DNA from: Eledone cirrhosa
Taxonomy: Eukaryota
Reading direction: 5' to 3'
Length of the DNA stretch: 64,000 nt
NCBI GenBank assembly: GCA_964016885.1
Contig: OZ024745.1
Location: 116,002,001 to 116,066,000, forward strand
Within the stretch, counting starts at the first letter, position 1; every line of letters starts with the position of its first letter. The notes under the pieces are model-generated. The model had not been told where the DNA came from and ran no database searches. It saw only the letters and a list, made by a program, of their open reading frames with translations. Made by a program: the position numbers and the translations under genes. Shown piece after piece: positions 13,090-26,968 of the stretch.

Positions 13090-13710
13090 ACGCATTCATA
13101 CACTGCCCGGGCGTCACTGACCTGTGGGGCTATGTAGAACGACTATTGTCGCGGGTGGGACCAATCCAGTTGACCACCGAGTCCATTGTCATGATCAAAC
13201 CGCCACCCTCCTTCAAAAACGAAGGAGAGGCGGTTTTCCTTTGTGTGATAGCTATGGCGAAAGAGGTTGTATGGTGGACAAGGTTGAAAGGGCTGAGGTC
13301 AGACACCTTTCTCTCCGGCCAACAACTGATTCTTTTTTTCAAATACCACGTTGGAAGAAGAATCAGGATGGAGAGAGAGGTGCTGTACCCCAGCAAGTTT
13401 TATGAAAGGGGGTGAAAGTGGCGAGAATGGCCCGAGTGAATGGGCCTTCTCTCTATATCAGCCTGTAGGTTGAGGAAAAGGAGGAGGAGAGGAAAGGAGT
13501 ACAAGCTCTTCGTACTCCTGGAGATGAGGGTTGCACATTTTTTTTCGGGGGTATGTGTTACCCATATAAACTGTCTCCCTCTATTGGGGAAAATCGACTA
13601 ACTTTTAAATTCCATCTGTGATAACATTTTACACGTTTTTATTGTATGTAAACTTCCCCCTTTGTATTTGTCCCCTTCTTTTGTGCCCCTGTGGCTAATA
13701 AAGAAATATA
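13089..13710 (+). mobile_element. L1/Tx1-clade LINE, 5'-truncated 3' fragment
   Basis: HAFIHCP...WWTRLKG...FFKYH ORF2 C-terminus, aataaa, (TATC)n on both sides; homologous to 53030-53660. Confidence 0.85.
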
Positions 13711-13722
13711 TCTATCTATCTA

Positions 13723-13762
<40 letters not shown>

Positions 13763-13766
<4 letters not shown>

Positions 13767-13937
13767 AAAATGTATGACCCCGACGGCAGAGCTCAAGCCG
13801 TTTCGACAGCTATTTCCGGACTCAGCCAGAAATAGCCGTCGGAGTCATACATTTTCCTATTACCCACCTCTACTACCCTAAGTATTGAGTACTCTGGTGC
13901 GTTATGGTCCATCTGGTTCCTTACCACAAGTCTTTCG

Positions 13938-13940
<3 letters not shown>
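13763..13940 (+). mobile_element. PLE-type terminal fold-back, family C
   Basis: aggaaaatgtatgac...gtcatacattttcct inverted arms; same 3' tail as 5684-5885; inside (TA)n. Confidence 0.65.
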
Positions 13941-14012
<72 letters not shown>

Positions 14013-14162
14013 TATATACAAGAAAGTATGTCCATAGAATTATTTGATAAAATAATTAATTTGATAAATATATCTGTCTAGTTAATGTATATCTAAATCT
14101 AACTATCTATCTATATATATATATATATATATACATTCACGCAGATACGCACACACAGACAT

Positions 14163-14195
<33 letters not shown>

Positions 14196-15199
14196 CGCAC
14201 ACGCACACGCACACGCACACGCACACGCACACGCACACACATATACAAACATATTTACGCTTACTAATAAAACATGGCAAGTATTGTATCCTTACTCCTA
14301 CTAAATTTTAGAGATACTCCCCAATGAAATCTCCAAATTAAGAATATACATAGAAACTCTTAGACATTACTCGGAATACGTAAAGACGCTAAATTTGAAA
14401 GAATGTTTCTGAGTAAGAAATTATACAGACTGTAATGGGACTAAACACTTGCACAAGATTTTAATATTAGGTCAAGTATCAAAGAGATCTCTTTGATAGA
14501 GATTACCTTTTTTTTTCTAAAATTTCTACAAATTGAATACTTGAGTCCCTATACATTACCTCAAGGAACGCTAATTGTTTTATTAATGATGAGATATGTA
14601 AATGGAACAAACAGGAATACACATAAGAGATACCGGAATTGTACCTATATCCAGTTGGCCACCAAGCTACGATACATCTCTGGATCAGAATTTATATTCA
14701 GCCGGAATAAGATTGGTAAAATGACGACGATTTTGCTGGCATGATATTCAGAATCTTTCATTTTAATATAATTGTAAATGTTTATAAGTATTAAGTGTAA
14801 TCTATTTGTGTAAACACGGCATAGTTAAAGTCACACACACGTGTGTAAATGTGGCGTTATAAGTCGAGTCATAATTTGTAATTCATCCGTATAGAAGGTA
14901 GATTGTAAATATTATTGTAGAATGAGCAACCAATTAGTAAAGTTTCAAACATTTTCAATATAGCCAGCAAATTGACTTAAGCTTAACTGTCATGCTCCCA
15001 TCCTATAATATATATACATATACATATATATGTATATATACATGTCTGTTGAAAATTATGAATGCTGGATTCTTATAGACTGATTATACAGAGCGGTTGC
15101 CGGTCCAGCAAAAATTGAAAATTAGAATTTGTGCCCTGAAATAGCGATGTATATATGAATGTATTTGGCAATACACTGTATGCTTAATTAAAAGCAGAG

Positions 15200-15900
15200 A
15201 AGAGATTGTTTTTTTCTTTCTTGTTGTTGTTATTGTCGTCAGAGCTGCTGTTACTTTTGTTGTTGCTGCTTGTACTACGATCGCCGCCGCCGCTGCTGTT
15301 ATTGCTCTTGCTCTTGTTGTTGTTGTTGTTGTTGGTGTTGTTTATGCTGCTGCTGATGTTGTTGCAGCTGCTACTAGTATTTTTCTCGCCACTGTTGCTG
15401 CTGCTGCTGTTATTACGGCTGCTGCTGCTGCTATTCTTCATGACGTCAGACGAATGAAGTGGCTTTCCGTATTTACCGCACACATCTTTCGTCGTCGTCG
15501 TCGTGGAGAAATGTTCTACGGCACGCGCGTTCTCTTGATGAAGAACACTACGAGAAACTACATTTTTCTTTTTCTTTAATGGCGTCGCTTGCGAAAGAGG
15601 CGACAGAGGCGACACCACATTTAGAGAAGGGAGGGGGAGAGACAATTTTTCTCTGACGTAATGACGATTGGGGAAGAAGAAGACGGAAGGTTTGGGAATG
15701 ACTTGTGAAAATCATTTTTGTAGCCATGTTTTTATACGGACTTGTTGTTTTTTTAAATGAATATTGGGCACAAATCCCCAATAACTGGTTATTTAACCCG
15801 GAAGGGCCAAATAACGGGCAGAAAGAACCCTCTCACGAGAAGGAGGGTGTCTTTATCTACAATTTGGTGCAAGTTTTAAACAATTTACAATTGTTATAAC
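15200..15900 (-). mobile_element. Probable LINE 5' UTR/ORF1 N-terminal remnant
   Basis: Frameshifted MATK..DFHKSFPNLP then KKKKNVVSR and an S/N-rich tract; architecture parallels 42580-42930 (MDFPPLP...KKKLLSR...NNNN). Confidence 0.45.
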
Positions 15901-15919
15901 CGTTAAAAATTACAATACC

Positions 15920-16079
15920 TTATAGAGCCGAGACTCCGTCAACTATATAATTGTTAAAAAGGTACTCAATACTTCAGTAGTGTAAAGGAATATTTCTTTT
16001 TTTATAGAAAAGTCTTCTGCGGGAATTTAACTGTTTCATTCATAAGTGGTCACCAGGATAGACTTCTCTGGTGATTTCT

Positions 16080-16080
<1 letters not shown>
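15920..16080 (-). mobile_element. PLE-like terminal fragment
   Basis: gtactcaatac motif shared with family C and 62586-62755; minus-strand gaatGAAAcagt half-HHR-like; abuts (TA)n. Confidence 0.35.
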
Positions 16081-16118
<38 letters not shown>

Positions 16119-16353
16119 ATGTGTGTATGTGTGCATGTATGTGTTTGTGTATGTGTATATATATGTGTATACATTACACATTCTTTGTATGCATTGAAAG
16201 TGTTGGATGTCATGATTTAGTTATTTGTTTTGTGATTTGAAAGACTTTGAACAATAAGTCTGCTTCTCAATACATCGGAAAATCATTCAATTATTGTACA
16301 ATAGACTCCTAAGAGTATTACTTAATTATTCTCTCACACACACTTACATATAA

Positions 16354-16463
<110 letters not shown>

Positions 16464-16504
16464 GTGTGTGTATATGTAGAATCAAAGCTATGTTCAAAAC
16501 ATTT

Positions 16505-16556
16505 ATTCACTTACAATTGTTTCTTCCAAACCTAGGCTTGGAGTCTTCGGAGCAAT
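16505..16556 (-). ncRNA. Hammerhead motif, CCGAAGA core
   Basis: attgct-CCGAAGA-c-tccaa/ttgga-a-GAAA-CAATTG-TA-agtgaat. Confidence 0.65.
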
Positions 16557-16659
16557 TTTTAATGTTTGTACATATAATTGACCTCCTACCCAACGCAAGA
16601 GACATACTGTATGTCTCTTGCGTTGGGTAGGAGGTCAATTATATGTACAAACATTAAAA

Positions 16660-16711
16660 ATTGCTCCGAAGACTCCAAGCCTAGATTTGGAAGAAACAAT
16701 TTTAAGTGAAT
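16660..16711 (+). ncRNA. Hammerhead motif, CCGAAGA core (stem III mutated to CAATTT)
   Basis: Mirror copy of 16505-16556; CCGAAGA 16666-72, GAAA 16693-96. Confidence 0.55.
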
Positions 16712-18262
16712 AAATGTTTTGAACATAGCTTTGATTCTTGTGAATTCTATATAACTGCTCTGTAGAATAACTGATGTTCTTACATTGAGCTATTTATCTT
16801 ACTGGTAATAAGGTAGTAATAAATTACTGACCTTCCTTGTTTATAGTTTAAAATATACATAACTATAAATAGTATCCTTAATATTATGTATATGTATGTA
16901 TATGTATATATATATATGTGTGTGTGTATGTGCGTGTATATATGTATGCATGTATATATGTGTGTGTGTTTGTCTTTGTGTGTGTGTGTGTGTGTTTATG
17001 TCTATTTGTATATATGCATATATTTCCTTTGTAAGTCTTCGTACATAAGTTACAATTGACATTAATTTACACAGATGAGCAGCCCATTGTCAGCTATATA
17101 GATTTCGTAAGAGAATACTTTATTCGCTATTTAGTGAAGAGCTATCTGCTATGAAAATAATTTGTATACTAATTTGTTTAGACACCCAGAATATGAATTC
17201 GAGTTGTTTTACAACTTCTTCACTGAGAAGCTGGCTTTTAATCATATACAACTCAATGAAAGTCACATGGCATTATAAATGCCGGCTGTTGAAGATCGTT
17301 ATGTTAATGGTATTCTTAAACCAATCATGTGATTGCAAAATCATATGATTGCAAAATATGCATTGCAAAATTTGTCATTTTGTCAGTTATACCGCCTTTC
17401 GTTTTCAAAGAAATGTTGATTCTACCTGTTATTCTCGAAGCTTACTGCACATAGAATGGATCTTTTGTTAAAAACAGAGACACGCGTTTAAAAGATCGCA
17501 TATAATGCATGTTTGTATCAAATAGATAGCAATCAATTAAACTGATATTGTTTATGTAAGGATTAATTAAAATTTGATAATAATTATTTGCAAAAATGTG
17601 TGTCCCTGACATGTATGATAAAATTGATACCGCATTGTGCATTGTTATGAATTTTACATGAAAGGAATGTAGTAGATACGATTCTATGCTTGTCGTAGAT
17701 TTATGAAAACAATCTAATTTATAAAGCAATTTCTAAAGATCATATAAAAAAAAGCGTAGCTATTTTGTGTACATATAGGGCTGATTTAAATAAAATGTGT
17801 TTACTAGAGTGGCTTAACAAACAATGTATTACATTTGTTTTTCCCCCCTCACTCAACTTACTTATGAAACAAAATATAAAGAAATAATCATATTTATGGA
17901 TAAACTAAAAGAAATGAATAGCAGCAAATTTGTATTAAATGTGTTTCCATTTAATACGGAATTATCAAATATAATTGTCGAAGAAAACGAGGGAAAATTA
18001 ATTGTAACGTTGAAGACGTTTAAGTATCGCCTTGTATGATTTCGTCAAACAAAATCGCCTTGTATGATTTCGGCAAACAAAGTGCTATATAATAACTATA
18101 GTTATTGTCAGACGAATAAGAGACGAAATGGTTGTCACATCGTATTCTATTCCAAGAATTCCAAGTAGACTAATCAAATGACAACTGTTTTGTTATCTGA
18201 CACTAATGAGGTCAATTCAATAGATAAGCTTCGATGATGCAAACTAAATAATCACACACACA

Positions 18263-18326
<64 letters not shown>

Positions 18327-21321
18327 TGCACATATATGTATATATAAACGTACATCTACACTAGTGCTCTTCACAGCAAATCTAACATATATTGAATGTT
18401 CCTTTACAAAATATAACAAACATTTAAAATATCCTATATAGTTAATTCTATTATGTTAGTAAGCTGATATTTAACAGTGTCGATATATTTGAAGCTTTAC
18501 TGTATTGTTGAAATATTCCTGAATATTTAACGATATCTAACGCTGGTAAGTATTATATATACAAGAGTACGGCTCTGTTAGTATCTTGTAAAATTAATAA
18601 ATTCTCATAAAAGAAGAGAAAAAATAACTTCATTTGGCAATACAGAGCGTATACGAATTAAATTAATTCAGATCTTACAAACTACTATAGAGTACTTACC
18701 AAATATCTGCTGGGCATATGTAACCTATTTTAGATGGAAGTATTTAGTTAAACTTCACGTCGCTCATTGGCTACAGATTTTGTTACACAATGTAATTTAT
18801 CAGCAGCAATATAAAATAATATTTAAAATAATCTTGTTATCTACATATGTCTTATGACTAATTTCAAAATATCGGGAATGGAAATTGAAATAGAACAAAA
18901 GATAGAGATTTATTCTTGAAATTTAATGCTGTGCATTTCTGTGTTCAGGTCTTGCTAATTCAAATACGTTCTTCACATTTTGGAAGTAAAAATAATAGGG
19001 GTACTAGAACTATATCACATTCTATATCATGTAAATAATACAATAGTGCATACTCTGCAAAGAAAACATAAACACTATAAAATTTCTATTTAAAAATAGT
19101 TTATTGCTGGTTGATATTAAGTAAGCATTCAGCAGTTATTTTATTTTAGTGTCACAATGACATTTACTGAAAGAATATTACTTCAAAACAAAAATCATAC
19201 GATGTTACCAAAAGAGAATTTCTAACCCGGCATTAACATTAAGGTATCTATGTATGCTGTCATGAAAAAAACAATGACATTTTAATAGCAATATACGTTT
19301 TGAATATTTGTAAATTATATCTTATAACATTACAATCGATTTAACACTGATAGGAAAATATATTTTGAAATGTATTCCGTATCCATCACCATTTTAAATT
19401 ACTTTTCCAACAAATTGCTGATTGAAAAATAAACCAATATATAAATATAATGTAACACTTTCCTCAGTTGCAATACTACATTAATTCCAGTGATATAACA
19501 TACAGCTTAAAATAAATATATTGATAGGTTTGAAGTAAATTGATTATTCTTCATAACTTATACTTGTCTTCATAATTGTGATATTCTAGTGACACGTCAT
19601 CACCAGTAAATTGATAACGAATGTCTCTAACATATCAGCATTATGACAATCGTGTGGAATGTCAGGTGGTTCAAATACCGTGTAACTTTGAAATATAAAC
19701 TTATAAAAGATAAAACCTATATGAAAATAGTGTTGAAATGAATTCTATATATAAGTGTAACGACAATGAAAGATATTACATATTTTCGCTGTAGCTCTAA
19801 GACGTCATAAATGTTACTCTGCCTCGTTATATGTATGTTTTAAATGTGAATAACATTTTATGACAATGCACTTTTTGAAATCTCTTGCAGATATATGATG
19901 ATAGAGTGACATAAACAGGAATAGGATTTGTGTATTTGAGAAGTGACGGTGGTAGAAATGTTGATCCTTTCATTCAGGTTTTAAATGTTGATCCTTTCAT
20001 TCAGGTTTTAAATTTCGAGGCTTTCCGCTTCATTGAATGGTTCAAAAATAATGAATTACTAGTGAGTGACAATCTGCATATCTGTGATGATAAAAGCTCG
20101 TTTACCTTACCAGTTAACATTTTAATTAGTTAACTGGTAAAAGTTTTTTTTCGCAGACATATTTTAGTGAATCAGTTGTTTTACAAACAAGCTACCTTTC
20201 ATCAGACCCCAGTATACCTTAATTAAAAATATTATGAAAGGAATCGCTATGATTGTATGCGTACTAAATTAAATGTATATCTCCGTGCACAGTAACTAAG
20301 ATGTGTATAGCAATGGTGTAGTTACCCCACCAAAAGCATGATAATGATGGTACATACTGCTGTTACATGCGATATAACATCCATGGGAAGACCAATCCGG
20401 AGATTGGATTGAAGTCCCTTTGCAGTAAATTCGAAACTATGGCCCCGGTATTTTCTGCTGTCACTATATTTGCATCTGTCTTTCGGAAATGGCTGGTTTC
20501 AGTCAGCAGCCATAGAATGTGCAGACCTTAGCCTTGAACTAAACACTACTTCCCTCCTTCATCCCTCCCAAAGTATCGGTATTCTTACATTTACTTCCTG
20601 TACATATATTTTCTGCAGCCATAGCATTACAAATGTCGACGTTAGATGTTAACCGTATCAATATCACCAATCTAAGAAGGCCAGCAATGATCATGGACCA
20701 AGCCCCTTTCTCCAGATTAATCCAATAATTGTTTTATTTTTATTTCAACGTAATATAAACTGTTGATTTGTAATACAATATCGGCCATTTTATCAGAGTT
20801 GTATCTTTTGCAGTCTTGATATTTGTAACTTCATTAAACAAGAGGAATTAGTCAATATTTTGAAGAGCCCTGGTAAATATTACACGATAAAAAATAAATA
20901 TACCATAGACTCACAGTGCTAAAGTTAAGAGACTAATGAATATATGTTTTAATTAGCAAATTTAGTAATTAATAGGATAATTGCTTCTGCATTTACTATA
21001 AGTGCGATTCGATATTTACAAATAGTATATGAAACATTAAATTCTGCAATCTTCCTCTATACAGTATTGTCTTAACAGACAATCTTCGCTCTCTAGTTAA
21101 AGCGTGTAGTTAATGAAGTACGTTATCAATAACCCTGTGTGTGAGTGTGTGTGTGTTTGTGTGTGTGTGTGCGAGCGTGCGTGCGTGTGTGTGTGCGTGT
21201 GTGTGCGAGCGCGTGCGCGTGTGTGTGTTATGGCTGTTTCGAAGTTAACGAAGTTAGCTTTTTCTCACATACTGTGATGAGTGTTTCATAAAATGTATTG
21301 TAAGTCCCAATTAATAAAAGC

Positions 21322-21517
21322 TTGTCATAGAAGATACCATTTTACATGTAAGATTGTCATAGAAGCTACCATTTTACATGTAAGATTGTCATAGAAGCTA
21401 CCATTTTACATGTAAAATTGTCATAGAAGCTACCATTTTACATGTAAGATTGTCATAGAAGATACCATTTTACATGTAAGATTGTCATAGAAGATACCAT
21501 TTGACATGTAAGATTGT
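21322..21517. repeat. 32-bp minisatellite, 6 copies
   Basis: ttgtcatagaag(a/c)taccattttacatgtaaga at 21322, 21354, 21386, 21418, 21450, 21482. Confidence 0.95.
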
Positions 21518-21934
21518 ACTTTCCATGAGACGTGTCAGTAAATTTTCAAGATCAAATTGTCACATTCATTTTACTATGTTTCCGGACAATAGATAATAAG
21601 AATTAATGCCCAAGAGTCGAGCCAATATTTCTCTGCATTTGATAAAATATATTCATATCTAAATATTTCTCAGACTATGCTATTATTTACAATCTAATTG
21701 ACAAGCAATAACACAAAAACTGTAGAATAGTTTTATTTCTAAACGTAATATACTGCAAATTGTAATCCTATTACAAATGTATATTATATTTTCAATTTTA
21801 ACACAACTGAATGTATAATTTGCATCTATAATAGCCATGTGTATCACAAACGACCTAATTCAATATTGTGTAGTCTAATATAATTGATTACTAGCTTAAT
21901 TACAAACAAAATATCAAATATAGTATTAAAATGT

Positions 21935-22122
21935 AATAATTGTTTCTACTTTAGGCACCAGGCCAGCAATACCCAGTGCATTACTGGTACTTTATTTTAT
22001 CGACCCCGTAAGGATGAAAGGCAAAGTCAACCTCGGCGGGATTTGAACTCAGATCGTAAAGGGACGTAACTATGCTGGAAAGCATGGCGTCCGACCCTCC
22101 ACCGATACTGCCAATCCACTGC
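21935..22122 (-). mobile_element. SINE family 1
   Basis: Near full-length reverse complement of consensus. Confidence 0.9.
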
Positions 22123-22929
22123 CAATCAAAATGTAATAATGTTGGCGTAATTTTAGTTAAAAGCAGAAGGATTAAATCTTGTGCTTCTTATGTTTATTCA
22201 GCAAATGGTAATTAGATCCACACAGAAATGTTATTTTTTCTCGGTAGATCCAGTATTGTCTATGTAGGCAATCCTCGCCCATTAGTTAAAGCGTGTAGCT
22301 CAATGCATTACCTTATAGATAACCTGGATGTTGTTTAATATCGATCAATATATTTGTGTTCGTTATTTCCGTAAAGGTTCATCATCTATGCTAGCGATAA
22401 TTAAATGAAAGTGACAGTGTGAATTTAAAGACCAATAGCAATACAATCTTCTGGTTTTCTTTAACATCGCACTTTAGATTCACAAAGCACATAAAAATCT
22501 ACATTGTATTGAATATATATCCCAGTAAATAACAAAAACGCCTGTCACTATTGAACATATTCTCAAGAGAAGTAATACAAAATGGATGCATGTAGCGTTA
22601 CTGCTGGTATCAGGCAGATATGATTACTTCTTATATATGTTACGTGAATATTACAAATCCGAAAACAGAATTTTAGCTTACTGTAAAGAACAGCATTTGT
22701 AATTGCTGTTTCATTATAAAGTACTTCCATGTAACCAAAGAACGGAATCTATCATACATGACAATGTTTGAATGCTACATACACGCCGGGAATACTATAT
22801 ATTTAAGCTCAAATCGACTTGGGCAAGACTTGAATATTATATACCTGAAAGCTATCCATCCCTAAAATATATGGCGTTTGAATCTAGCTAAATGTAAATT
22901 TTTCCTACCATTTGAACGCTACGATATTT

Positions 22930-23372
22930 GATACTTACAGCCTACTAGTTGTGTTATATGGGATTGACTGTTATAATTGGATGACAAGGTCACTTCAAAA
23001 GCTCTTTACATTTCAGAACCACATCATGAGACTGGCAAGCAGCCCAGCGACGGTATCTGTATCAGTGAGTTGCTCAACATTATCAAACTTAGACCAATTA
23101 CATCAATTGTCAAGTCAAGAGTACGCAATCTATACGGCCATATAAAAAGATCAACTTGTGGTGTGAGTAGGTTATGCCTGGAAGGAAGGTTGGCTGGTAA
23201 GAGAATCAGAGGCGGGCAGCCAAAACGATGGCTTGAAAATGTTAATTTATGAACTGGACTTGATCTTTGCTCTTTGAACTCTACTGTTAGTGATCGAACT
23301 TTGTGGAGAGTGATATCACAGGCTAATGCGCAGTCTGCAACTGGCAAAGTTTAACGTCACAAGAAGAAAATG
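22930..23372 (+). mobile_element. RTE-type LINE 3' fragment
   Basis: VLYGIDC..., ITSIVKSRVRNLYGHIKR...LEGRLAGKRIRGGQPKRWLENV; aagaagaa tail. Confidence 0.75.
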
Positions 23373-24140
23373 TAAATTATTAAATCATACCCAACATGCA
23401 GATATCCCCATGTATTATCATAGTGACAAAGCATCAGATCGTAAAATGTATTCACGAGCTAATTCTGATTTTGGTGTTGCGTCTAATTCCTTTGTTTTAT
23501 GTTCTTGAAATATGAAACCAATTCCCTTACTTTTGCATATGTAGTCGTTAAAGTAAGAAATACATTAATATTGATTAGATTGCTTGTTTCTGTGTTCGTG
23601 ACGTAACAACATATATTTATCTAATAGAACTGGAAGAAAAAAAGGAGTAAAAACAGTTGAAAGACAACTCAATACCTACACAATTAGATGAGGTATGTCA
23701 GGAAACACATTTTTTTTTATTCGCAAACTAATCGTTATCTAATCAATACGTCACTCATGATGAGAAGATAAATGAGAAAGTAGCAGGTAAGAAGATTTAA
23801 AACAATACAGAAACAATATAGCGTGGGCGCATAAAAGGTATATTTGTGGGGATGTAGTAGTGTTAGCATGTCGTGCATCTACATAATACATAATCTATTA
23901 CAGGACTTACCCCGTTATACCTTAATCAATGAATGTATCAATCTATCTATAACTTTATAGGTATATTGTTAGCTTCTCTTTGATATCGACATATCGACGG
24001 CTTTGTCCTTTATCTTCTTCAAATATATGAATTCATAATATTGCAATATATTGGGTCGAGGGATAGAGAGAGCGAAAGAGAGAGAGAGAGAGAGAGAGAG
24101 TGAGAGAGAGAGAAAGTGGGAGAGTTTGAAAGATATATAC

Positions 24141-24173
<33 letters not shown>

Positions 24174-24278
24174 AAGAGACTATCGGTCATTTATCATTCA
24201 CAATTACTCCCATGCCTAATATGTAAATATATCAGATAACAGGATCCTCGAGGTGGAGAGAAAGTGAAAGAGAGAGCG

Positions 24279-24331
<53 letters not shown>

Positions 24332-25299
24332 AAAAAGAAAAAAAAGTAGTATTATAATTATAATTTCCGCTCAAACCCTCTCAGGTTTATCAACTAAGGG
24401 ACTTATTTGATCAAGCACACTATTTTCCCCGATATATTCTGTATAATAAAGGACAGTTACTAGGGATAATATACCAACCGTTGACATATAAAATTACCAG
24501 TTTTGTTTCGTTTTTATTTTTCTCGTTTTATCTCGTTTTATCACGCTCTTCGGTGTCTCTCGGGAATAACATATTTGACCATTGTTTAGACATTCGTCAA
24601 TACGTAACGTTACGGTTCATAATTCTATTCTCGTTAGTATCGATATGACGCTATATTTGTTGAGAATTATCTTTTCAAAAGTCTTAATTTTTCTCTTCCG
24701 TGCTCTCATGACATTGTCAAGCGCAGTTCTATTTATATTGAATGAAAATGAAAGTAATGAACGTAATGTGTCAAATTTATTCAAAAGCAAAAAACAAACC
24801 TTATTTAGTAAAATAAAAAATAAAAAAGAGGAAGCAAAAGGAAAGAAAGAATAGGGAAATATAGAAAAAAAAGAGCGAGCATGTAAGAGGAAAAAGAACA
24901 GGAAAGGGAGAGGATGGTAAGAGCTCTGATGTCCCAGAAGAGAGAGGAGGGGTGAACGGGGAGATTGATTGGCTTTTGGTCTAGAAAGGGGGGTATGAGT
25001 GCTGCGTCCACCGGACAGGACAGCAAAAGCATTCCCCCGGACAGTGACACCCGCTGCAACAGCCAGTAATACGTAATATAGGTGCAGTACTTAGTACTAC
25101 TATGTTTTACTTGGTCAGTGCATAAGCTCGGGAAGGTGTTTATGCTTTTGTTTGGATCTCTTTTAATCTTCCTTAAGGATTTTATGTTATAGGATTTTCA
25201 TATATATTTCTATAATTTCTTCATTTGTTTAAGAAACTCGTTTTTGTGATTGGAGACTGATTGTTATATATGCAGTTCCTCGTGTTCTATTGCTGCTGC

Positions 25300-25358
25300 T
25301 GTTTTTTTAAGGGCGGGGGTCCTTCTTTTTCCTCCTCCTCCTCCTCCTGCTGCTGCTG

Positions 25359-25412
<54 letters not shown>

Positions 25413-25456
25413 AAACTACTACCACCGCCACCACCACCACCACCACCACCACTAAT
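25300..25456. repeat. (CCT)n/(CTA)n/(CCA)n compound microsatellite
   Basis: Direct reading; lies at the tail of the adjacent minus-strand Tx1. Confidence 0.9.
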
Positions 25457-26210
25457 ACTGATTTCATTTATTGGCCACAAGGGCCGATATATAGGGGACA
25501 ATACAAAAGACTAGGACAGTGGGCTTTTATAGAAAAATCGAGTAAACACTATGAATAACAATAACAAAGTAACAAGAAAAATACAAGAAAAACTCCCCAA
25601 ATGGATGACCACCCAGAGTTCGCTCAAGTACCCCACCAATCCCGAACGACCAAAATTGCGAGAGCACCCCACTCCTATTCAAATTTACCCACCTACAGGC
25701 GTATGATCAGAGTAGGCCCACTCATATGGGCCATTCTCGCCACATTCACCCACCTTTCAGCAAATGTACTGGAGGGCAGCACTTCTCTCTCCGCCCTCAA
25801 CCTCCTTTCCAAGTGAAACTTGAAAAAGTTAATGAGGGATTGGCCGAAGAGAAAAGTCTCTGTCTTCAGTCCTTTCAACCTCGTCCACCATACAATTTCT
25901 TTGGCTACTGCCACCAAACAGAGGAAAATTGCCTGCCCTTCCTGGCCAAAAGAATGCGGCGGGTCGATCTTCATTATGGACTCGTTCTACACGCGACAAC
26001 AGCTGTTCGACATAACTCCACAAGTCAGTAATGCCACAGATACTGGACGAGTGCGTGCAGAAAGGTTTCGTCGCTCTGCGCGCATCTCGGGCAGGTCCGG
26101 TCTGACAGCACTTCCATGCCTGTAGAGTTTATCTCGAACCGGTAGTGCTCCCCGGTAGCACTGCCAAGCGAGGGACTTTTGGAAATTATCCATGAAACTT
26201 GCGAGCCACG
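25457..26210 (-). mobile_element. L1/Tx1 LINE 3' fragment
   Basis: FQKSLAWQCYRGALPVRDKLYRHG (zf-RVT-like region), WWTRLKG, FFKFH; aataaa then trinucleotide tail. Confidence 0.85.
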
Positions 26211-26401
26211 TATGATCCCTCAAGGACTCAGGTATAGACTACTCCATATATAAATACATATGTATGAATATATGTATGAAGATATGTATATTTATATATA
26301 TATATGTATGTGCATATATATATGTATATGTATGTATATATGTATATATATATGTATGTATATAGAAAGATTTGAATGGATACAGTTTAGTTGAAAGGAA
26401 T

Positions 26402-26521
26402 TTATTGACACGTGTTTCTATAACAGTTACATAACCTAAAACAGCTGCTATCTACAAACTTTTAGTTATGCAGACATTCAATATTTCAATGTTATTATTT
26501 ACTGTCATTTCATCAGAATAA
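26402..26521 (-). ncRNA. Type I hammerhead with long branched stem II
   Basis: ttatt-CTGATGA-a-atgacagt...actgttat-a-GAAA-CACGTG-TC-aataa; intact core and GUC site. Confidence 0.82.
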
Positions 26522-26968
26522 TATTACTGAGGACCTATTTAGTTTTTATAGAGAATATTAGGAGGGAGGTGTGAAGTTGTTAGAAGAATAGTTGAAGGAG
26601 TGGTTGAAGGAGTATGTATGTATATATGTATGTATGTGTGTGTGTGTGTTGCGGAAGAGGCCGAGATTGAACATGAACACTCGATACCGAACTAGACTTT
26701 ATTAATAGCAATTATGATGGTAAATCGATGATGAGTGTAGGTGTTACTCTGGAGCTTCGCGTTTGGGTGAGTGTGTGTGTGTGTGTGTGTACGCTTCTGC
26801 GTATATGTAAATGTGTGAGTGGGTGAGCGTGTGTCGCTTACTCCGAAATATGAAACTTCTATACGGACGCTCTGTGTTTGCTGTTTGGAGTACAATATTT
26901 ATGGTGGTTGGTGTCTGTTTCTCTCCGGAAAATCAATACACATACAAACACTTGTGTATATATATATA

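Larger units (their letters stand above)
16478..16845. mobile_element. PLE-type fold-back: 261-bp near-perfect palindrome plus about 105-nt tail
   Basis: 16478-16738 palindrome centred on T16608, 2 mismatches seen; one HHR motif per arm. Confidence 0.75.

Noticed and set aside
19956-20013. 27-bp direct duplication (similar short ones at 4347-4390, 18025-18082 and 41176-41238)
   Set aside because: Ordinary local slippage duplications.
20300-20520. Kringle-like (CKYSDSRKYRG) or GPS-like (WSSHGC) peptides on the minus strand
   Set aside because: Motifs lie in different frames, cysteine patterns are incomplete and splice sites weak; probably chance.
21322-21517. CRISPR-like 32-bp repeats
   Set aside because: Head-to-tail with no unique spacers, no cas genes, eukaryotic context.
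24490-24570. Minus-strand CCGAAGA...GAAA hammerhead candidate
   Set aside because: No credible stem I or stem III.
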